From Sinorhizobium meliloti (GTDB lineage: Bacteria; Pseudomonadota; Alphaproteobacteria; Rhizobiales; Rhizobiaceae): 32,000 nucleotides of DNA. The translations under genes were made by a program, and so were the position numbers. The stretch spans positions 480,001-512,000 of the forward strand of contig NZ_JAGIOS010000001.1 of NCBI RefSeq assembly GCF_017876815.1, read 5' to 3'. The notes below the pieces were generated by a model that had not been told where the DNA came from, ran no database searches, and saw only the letters and a program-made list of their open reading frames with translations. Below are positions 26,760 to 32,000 of the stretch, piece after piece (position 1 is the first letter of the stretch; every line of letters begins with the position of its first letter).

Positions 26760-29700
26760 TTACAATCCCGGTGCGGAAATTTGAAAGACAGGTATACCGT
26801 TCGGATAGCCTTGATCCCGCAGGGGGACATTCGGAATGAGCCTCAAACGTTCTGCGACTGGACCTGACGGCACAGCATCGCCACTCGAAATCTGCGGAAA
26901 GATCGACATTTGGGACGACGTGTTTGGCCCATTTCCAGTCTTAATCTCAATGATGCCACTGACCTGAGTTTCGCCGGGTCGACGATAAACAATGTCCGGC
27001 TTACATGAACCGGTTTTGCAGAGGCTCCCGAACGTAACGTCATTCTCAACGGTATAGCCTTGCGACGACAATTGTGCACTCACATCATTCACATATTCTT
27101 GGTGATGCTTGTATTTCCGCGTGATCGACACATTTGGATTGGTTGATGGGTTTGGAACCTGTGCTTTTCTCCCGCCAACTAGGGTGTAGTAGCGGCCACT
27201 GGTGTCCCGATAAACCTGCTGACCATCAAGGTCCGTACCTGCGACCGTGTACGATCCGCCTCTCGGGCCGGAAATCGTTCCGTCGGCATTGCGGGAATAT
27301 CCCGTGGGCAGTCCACCCTCTGGAGCCTCAACCGCCTGCCTTGCCTCAGCGACCGTATCGTACTGCTTGCCGTCCGGATCTTGTAGCACACGACGACCCG
27401 AGGACAAGGCGACGACGGTCATCCCTCTTGTCAAAAGATCGCCGAACAATGCCTCTTCCAAGGCAACCCCGGCGACCGGCCCCCATGTTCCGTTGAGGAC
27501 GGCGTTTTCTACCTCCTCGGGCGTAAGGCCCGTGCGTCCCGTCGTTCCCTCGGCAAAGCCGATGGCCGCCGCTGACCGTGACTCCGAGGGCAGCGCGGCA
27601 AGCAGCTTCTTTATCCCGTAAGCTGCTGCTATCGTCGGCTCTGCCGCACGGATGTTCGAGGCGCCATACGCCGCGAAGATCGACCGCGTCCGATCCGGCG
27701 AAGACGACAGAGCGGCGACAAAGGCTTGTGCTTCGATGCTCGTCGGAACGTCCGCGAAGTCGTTCAATGCTTCATGGAGGAAGCTCATCGCGGCGGTGTA
27801 GTCCTGCGGCCACGCCGACTGCGCTGTCGCGTAGTCGTAGAGCGCGAGGTTCGACAAGGCCGTTTCGGCATTCAGAAGCGTGTTGCGATATTCACTGGAG
27901 CCGCTGTCGAGTTGCCCGAACATGGTTTGGCCGTCGACATAGATCGGCCCCACGTAACTCTGCGCAATGAATGCTCGGGCTTCGTCTTTATAGTTGGCGC
28001 GTCGGCCGGGACCTCCATACACGCCGAAGGCGTCCGAGACGCCGTCGAGGGTTTCTGCTGCCAGGATGCCCAGCGCCTGCTCCCGTGTCAGGTCGCAGAC
28101 GTTCTTCATCCGGCACATCCAGGAAATGAATGCGCCCGCGTTTTCGTTGATCCATTCGACTTCCGTGCGGTGAAGCTGGCGGTTGTTGGTGAGCGCGGAT
28201 ACGGCAATCGCAGCGGCGAGGTTGACGTTATCAGCGTCACCGCCGGAAAGTAGGTAGCCGGCGACGGCGCCGATCAGCTCGGCGCGATCACGCTGCTCCT
28301 GATCGGACAGAGTCGTACCCTTGAGAGAGCCAGCAAAAAAGCTCTGCGCGACGGCGCCTGCCGCACCCGCTGCGCAATTGCCGCCCTGTGCCTCGGCTGC
28401 GGCGCAGCCGGCAAGCCCGTGCAGCAGCGCGCTCGGCAGGGTGCCTTCGCCGAGCCCGAGATCGCCGATGCCGCCCTGGACATCGGCGAGCGCCAGGTTG
28501 ACGACGGTGCTGAGCAGCGCCTGGGAGAAGCCGGACCCGAAATCGGTGCCGTAGACGAGCGACGTCAGGCCGGAACCGATGGCGCCGTCGAGCGCTCCGT
28601 CGAGAATGCCGCCGAGCGTCAGCTGGCCGTTGCCGAAGCCGCCGAGCAGGCTTTCGTTGAGGAGGCCCTCCGTATCGATGCCGAGGGCCGAGAGATTGAC
28701 GGCGTCCTTCAGCCCCGCGGTGGCACCGGAGAAGGCGGCGCCCTTGAGGATCTCGCCGATGTCGTAGTTGCCCGAGACGATGCCGTCGAGGCTCTCGACG
28801 ATGAAGGAGGAAGTGAAGGCTTCGGCGGCGGCCCAGCCGCTGAGACCCGGCAGGACCGTTCCGACGATGGCCGGCGCCACGAAGTTGGCAACCGCGACGG
28901 CGACGAGGGCCTTGAAGGCGGGCGAGAGGGCGACCTGCTTGTCGTAGAAGTATTCGTTGGCAAGGCCCGCCTCGATGAAGGCGAGCCCGGCGATGGCGAG
29001 GAGTTCCTCCGGATAGAGATCGCCCGGATTGGCCGGATCGACGCCGGCCTGGTTATAGAGGCTGAGGTTCGCCTGGCCGCCGATCGAGAAGTCGACCGCG
29101 CCGCCTGCCTCGAAGGAGGAGAGCTTGGCGGTCTCGCGGAAGCTTCTCTCGGTGATCGTCGTCATGGTGACGAGGCCGAGATTGTTGGAGAAGAAGGCCT
29201 TGCGCTCGCTGTCGATCGCCGCTTCGACCTTGAAGTCGCCGCCGGTATCGACCGAAAGATTGCCGCCGGCGGCAAGATGCGCCCCGACGAGCGTGGTATC
29301 GGCGCCGGAGACGAGGGTCAGATCGAGCGCTGCGAGCGCATCGGTGCCGGTGCTGAAGCGGCTCTCGGCGCTGGAGTTCGTGGTCGAGCCGAAGAGGCCG
29401 AAGAAATAGCTTTTCTTCGTCGTGCGGCTTTCCTGGAAAATGTCGGTATAGGCGCCGGCGTAGATGTCGCCTTCCGTCGCCGAGAGGCCGATGTCGCCGC
29501 CGGCCGAGACGAAGCGGGAGCCGGCGGTGACGAAATCGCCGGTCTCGGCGATGACGTCGACGTCGCCGGCCGCTGCGATCGAGACGCCCTCATTGGTGAC
29601 GCGGGCCTTGGAGACGGAGGTCGACTTCTTCTTGAAGAGGCTCTTCTTCTGCGTCTTCGCATCGTAGGAATAGATGTCCTGCGCCGCGGCGAGCACGACC

Positions 29701-32000
29701 TCGTCCTTCGCCGCGAGGCGGATGGAGCCGCCGCTGTCGAGCGCCGTGCCGACGAGGACCGCGCTGCCGCCGGCAAGCGCCGACAGGTCGCCGCCGGCGT
29801 TAAGCTTCGTCGCGGAGCTGGCGACGGTGGAGATGTCGAGGCTGGACCTGCGGCCGCTCCTTTGAAACGCGGTGGTGGACTCCACCGCCGACAGCACCAG
29901 GTCGCCGGCCGCCGCCAGGCTGAGGGCGCCCGCCGCATCGCCGGTGACGCCGGCAAGCGTCAGCGCGCCGCCACTGACGATCGCAAGGTCGCCGCCGGAT
30001 TGGAGGGTGGAGAGCTGTTGGTCGACGGTCTCGAAGGTGCCGTTGGCCCAGGTGCCGGCGAAGCTGCGTTCGAGCCCGGTCAAGGTCACGCCGGCGTTTC
30101 CGTAGATCGAAAGGTCGCCCGCGGAAACGATCGAGGTGCCGGCCGCGAGGAGTTCGCCGCCGGTCACCAGCGCAACGCTGCCGCCGCTGATCGTGGCGTT
30201 CTCGAAGGACGCGGCGTCGAGGGCGGAGAGTGTCAGGGCGCCGCTTTCGGCGATGAGTCTGCCACTATCGACCGAGACCGTGCCTGCGCTGACCGTCAGG
30301 CTGCGGCTTCCCGCGATTGTCCCGCTGCTGGTGAGCGAGCCGGAGGCGATCGCCACGTCCCTGCCCTGGATCAGGGCGCCGGTCGCGTCGAGCGAGAGCG
30401 GCACGGCCTTCGGATAGACGGTGCGCGAGCCCGAGCCGTCTGGCGCCGGCACCTGGACCGGCTTGTCGAGATAATCGAAAGCGGGGACGGGCACGCGCTC
30501 ACCCGCGCGCTTCAGGGCAGCGAGGATAGTCTCCCGACCGTTGTTGACGAGGTCGTCCCGGTAGGCGAGCCGCCCCTCGGACATCAGGTAATCAGAGGTG
30601 ACGAAATTGGCGTATTGCGTGAACTCCGGATCGGTCTCGGCAAGCGTGGTGAGGCCGGCGACGAGGAGCGCATCGACGGAAGCGGTGGGCGAGAGCGAGG
30701 GCCGAAGCGGCACGACCGGCAGCAACTTTTCGGAGAGCACCGCGGTATCGACGGGAATGACGGTCGGCGTGCCGGGAAGCGCAACGGACGCCGGTGCGGG
30801 CCTGTCCACCGCGACCGGCGCCAAAGGATCGACGACGACCGGCCCGTACCGGTTGACGGCAATCGGAGAAAGCGGATCGAACTTCGCAGGAGGGCCGGTA
30901 TCGACCTTCGTTTCTGATCCCAGATCGGTGCCTTCGACCTTGCGGACCTCGCTGCCGTTGCCGGCCACGGGCGCCGTATAGTCGTCTGTCCGGGTTTCCG
31001 TAAGCTCGAAGTTCTTGTCGCTGGCGGGCGGGACGCCGGCCATGTCCGGATCGCCTGCAGCCTGCCGCTCGGCGATATAGGCGTTGAGTTTGTCGAGCAC
31101 GTCCTTCGTGGAGAGCTCGGAGGAAGGCAGCGTGACGTTCTCGAGATTGCCGGAGATCGCAACCGTGCCGTTCGCCTCGATGCGGCCGCCGAAGGTGTCG
31201 TAGAACTCGACCTTGCCTTCGTGGCAGGTGAAGCAATCCGGGCGCTTATGCACCTCGACGAGGAACTGGCTGGCGCCGAGCGCCTGGTTCTTCACGTCGT
31301 CGGCGGTGATGACGATGTTTTCGGCCGCCGAAATATTGCCGTAGATGTTCTCGACCTTGCCGGCTTTGATGTCGATGCTGCCGCCGGCGACCAACTCGGC
31401 AAGCACGCCGTCATCCTGGAAGCGGTCCTGGTAGAGGATCTTGACGATGTCGTAGGCGGCGCCGGACCCGGCGGTCATCGCGTTCCACGGCGAGGTTGCA
31501 GCGGCCACCAGCCGGTTCGAATAGACCGTTGCGGTTTCACCCGTCGCGGGATCGGTACCGGTGCCTTCGACCTCGAGCGAGGTCGGTTTGAGGATTGCCT
31601 TGACGTCGTCCGTGACGGTGGTGCCGCCGGAGGCGAGCGTGTCCCAGAGCGCCGCATAGGCTGCGGCGTTTTGCGGCAGGATGTCGCCGTTTGAGGCGAA
31701 GGCGGTGTCGCTGACGAGCTCTTTGATCGCGGCGGCCGGATCGGGCGTTCCGGCGGCATTCGCCCTGGCGAGCATGTCCGGCCAGATGCCGGCGAAGGCG
31801 GCGGCGAGCGCCGTACCGCTCGGTGTCGTCACGCTCGGTTTGACGATCGAGCGGCTTGTGGCGGAGAGCAAGGAACCGCCACTCACCAGGTCGGCCCAGA
31901 GCGCGGCATAGGCACCGGCATGGGACGGCTTGATGTTGCCGTCGGCATCGAGATAGGCGGGATCGATCAGCTTGAGGATCTCTTCCGCCGGCTCGGTCGT
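26760..32000 (-). CDS. cdiA: CdiA-like two-partner-secretion exoprotein (filamentous haemagglutinin family) with a polymorphic C-terminal toxin; 5' end beyond the window
   Basis: The track lists 26760..31886 (1708 aa). My translation shows the frame stays open to position 32000 (...TTEPAEEILKLIDPAYLDADGNIKPSHAGAYAALWADL-VSGGSLL...). It contains FHA-type repeats (QSGGDLAIVSGGALTLAG, NAGGDLSALAGGSAVLVG, AAGGNLSVDTGGDFKVEA). These are followed by a DUF637-like hydrophobic Gly-rich block, the pretoxin stretch LHGLAGCAAAEAQGGNCAAGAAGAVAQ, and then AIAVSALTNN. Confidence 0.85.
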   Translation of the reverse strand, partial: TTEPAEEILKLIDPAYLDADGNIKPSHAGAYAALWADLVSGGSLLSATSRSIVKPSVTTPSGTALAAAFAGIWPDMLARANAAGTPDPAAAIKELVSDTAFASNGDILPQNAAAYAALWDTLASGGTTVTDDVKAILKPTSLEVEGTGTDPATGETATVYSNRLVAAATSPWNAMTAGSGAAYDIVKILYQDRFQDDGVLAELVAGGSIDIKAGKVENIYGNISAAENIVITADDVKNQALGASQFLVEVHKRPDCFTCHEGKVEFYDTFGGRIEANGTVAISGNLENVTLPSSELSTKDVLDKLNAYIAERQAAGDPDMAGVPPASDKNFELTETRTDDYTAPVAGNGSEVRKVEGTDLGSETKVDTGPPAKFDPLSPIAVNRYGPVVVDPLAPVAVDRPAPASVALPGTPTVIPVDTAVLSEKLLPVVPLRPSLSPTASVDALLVAGLTTLAETDPEFTQYANFVTSDYLMSEGRLAYRDDLVNNGRETILAALKRAGERVPVPAFDYLDKPVQVPAPDGSGSRTVYPKAVPLSLDATGALIQGRDVAIASGSLTSSGTIAGSRSLTVSAGTVSVDSGRLIAESGALTLSALDAASFENATISGGSVALVTGGELLAAGTSIVSAGDLSIYGNAGVTLTGLERSFAGTWANGTFETVDQQLSTLQSGGDLAIVSGGALTLAGVTGDAAGALSLAAAGDLVLSAVESTTAFQRSGRRSSLDISTVASSATKLNAGGDLSALAGGSAVLVGTALDSGGSIRLAAKDEVVLAAAQDIYSYDAKTQKKSLFKKKSTSVSKARVTNEGVSIAAAGDVDVIAETGDFVTAGSRFVSAGGDIGLSATEGDIYAGAYTDIFQESRTTKKSYFFGLFGSTTNSSAESRFSTGTDALAALDLTLVSGADTTLVGAHLAAGGNLSVDTGGDFKVEAAIDSERKAFFSNNLGLVTMTTITERSFRETAKLSSFEAGGAVDFSIGGQANLSLYNQAGVDPANPGDLYPEELLAIAGLAFIEAGLANEYFYDKQVALSPAFKALVAVAVANFVAPAIVGTVLPGLSGWAAAEAFTSSFIVESLDGIVSGNYDIGEILKGAAFSGATAGLKDAVNLSALGIDTEGLLNESLLGGFGNGQLTLGGILDGALDGAIGSGLTSLVYGTDFGSGFSQALLSTVVNLALADVQGGIGDLGLGEGTLPSALLHGLAGCAAAEAQGGNCAAGAAGAVAQSFFAGSLKGTTLSDQEQRDRAELIGAVAGYLLSGGDADNVNLAAAIAVSALTNNRQLHRTEVEWINENAGAFISWMCRMKNVCDLTREQALGILAAETLDGVSDAFGVYGGPGRRANYKDEARAFIAQSYVGPIYVDGQTMFGQLDSGSSEYRNTLLNAETALSNLALYDYATAQSAWPQDYTAAMSFLHEALNDFADVPTSIEAQAFVAALSSSPDRTRSIFAAYGASNIRAAEPTIAAAYGIKKLLAALPSESRSAAAIGFAEGTTGRTGLTPEEVENAVLNGTWGPVAGVALEEALFGDLLTRGMTVVALSSGRRVLQDPDGKQYDTVAEARQAVEAPEGGLPTGYSRNADGTISGPRGGSYTVAGTDLDGQQVYRDTSGRYYTLVGGRKAQVPNPSTNPNVSITRKYKHHQEYVNDVSAQLSSQGYTVENDVTFGSLCKTGSCKPDIVYRRPGETQVSGIIEIKTGNGPNTSSQMSIFPQISSGDAVPSGPVAERLRLIPNVPLRDQGYPNGIPVFQISAPGL
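26763..28181 (-). other. CdiA C-terminal (CT) region after the TNN motif: 473 aa, with a PD-(D/E)xK-like nuclease module in the last ~125 aa
   Basis: The TNN codons are 28182-28190. The toxin tip reads ITRKYKHHQEYVNDVSAQLSSQGYTVENDVTFGSLCKTGSCKPDIVYRRPGETQVSGIIEIKTGNGPNTSSQ. The D codon is 26994-26996, E is 26946-26948 and K is 26940-26942. This E...PD...ExK arrangement is the restriction-endonuclease-fold signature. Confidence 0.55.

Noticed and set aside
24239-29771. Idea that the serine recombinase drives a shufflon-like inversion switching CdiA C-termini
   Set aside because: The cdiA-homologous segments (25560-25929 versus 27717-27963 and 29650-29771) are in direct, not inverted, orientation. 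I found no inverted hix/gix-like repeat pair flanking a toxin cassette. The orphan is frameshifted and truncated, so a programmed inversion switch is not supported.

Overview
High-GC alphaproteobacterial chromosome segment. From memory, the gene content and order resemble Sinorhizobium/Ensifer; this needs a BLAST check.

Positions 1 to ~24.08 kb are ordinary core genome:
- a DUF898 membrane protein (partial)
- mmsA with a divergent LysR regulator
- an SDR plus FAD-linked lactone-oxidase-like operon
- tRNA-His
- a phasin
- a 1134-aa soluble PAS histidine kinase (CbrA/PdhS-like)
- a lone two-domain Fe(III)-type ABC permease
- acetoacetyl-CoA synthetase
- an AsmA-family protein
- potFGHI
- a RamB-type XRE regulator divergent from isocitrate lyase

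Three intergenic gaps carry copies of a mosaic palindromic repeat.

From ~24.1 kb to the right edge the DNA is accessory and entirely on the minus strand:
- the 3' >5.2 kb of a giant filamentous-haemagglutinin/CdiA-like exoprotein gene, open to the window edge. It ends in a pretoxin region, a TNN (VENN-position) motif and a 473-aa non-repetitive C-terminal region. The tip of that region carries a PD-(D/E)xK nuclease signature.
- a visibly AT-richer 184-aa putative immunity gene 3 nt downstream, which I cannot assign to any family
- a degraded chimeric orphan copy of two cdiA segments
- a tightly overlapped vapB-vapC(frameshifted)-serine recombinase operon that truncates the orphan and looks like a Tn3-type TA/resolvase module without a transposase

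The contact-dependent-inhibition-like toxin/immunity locus and its rearranged orphan are the most interesting content. Most other long ORFs in the track are antisense artefacts of high GC.
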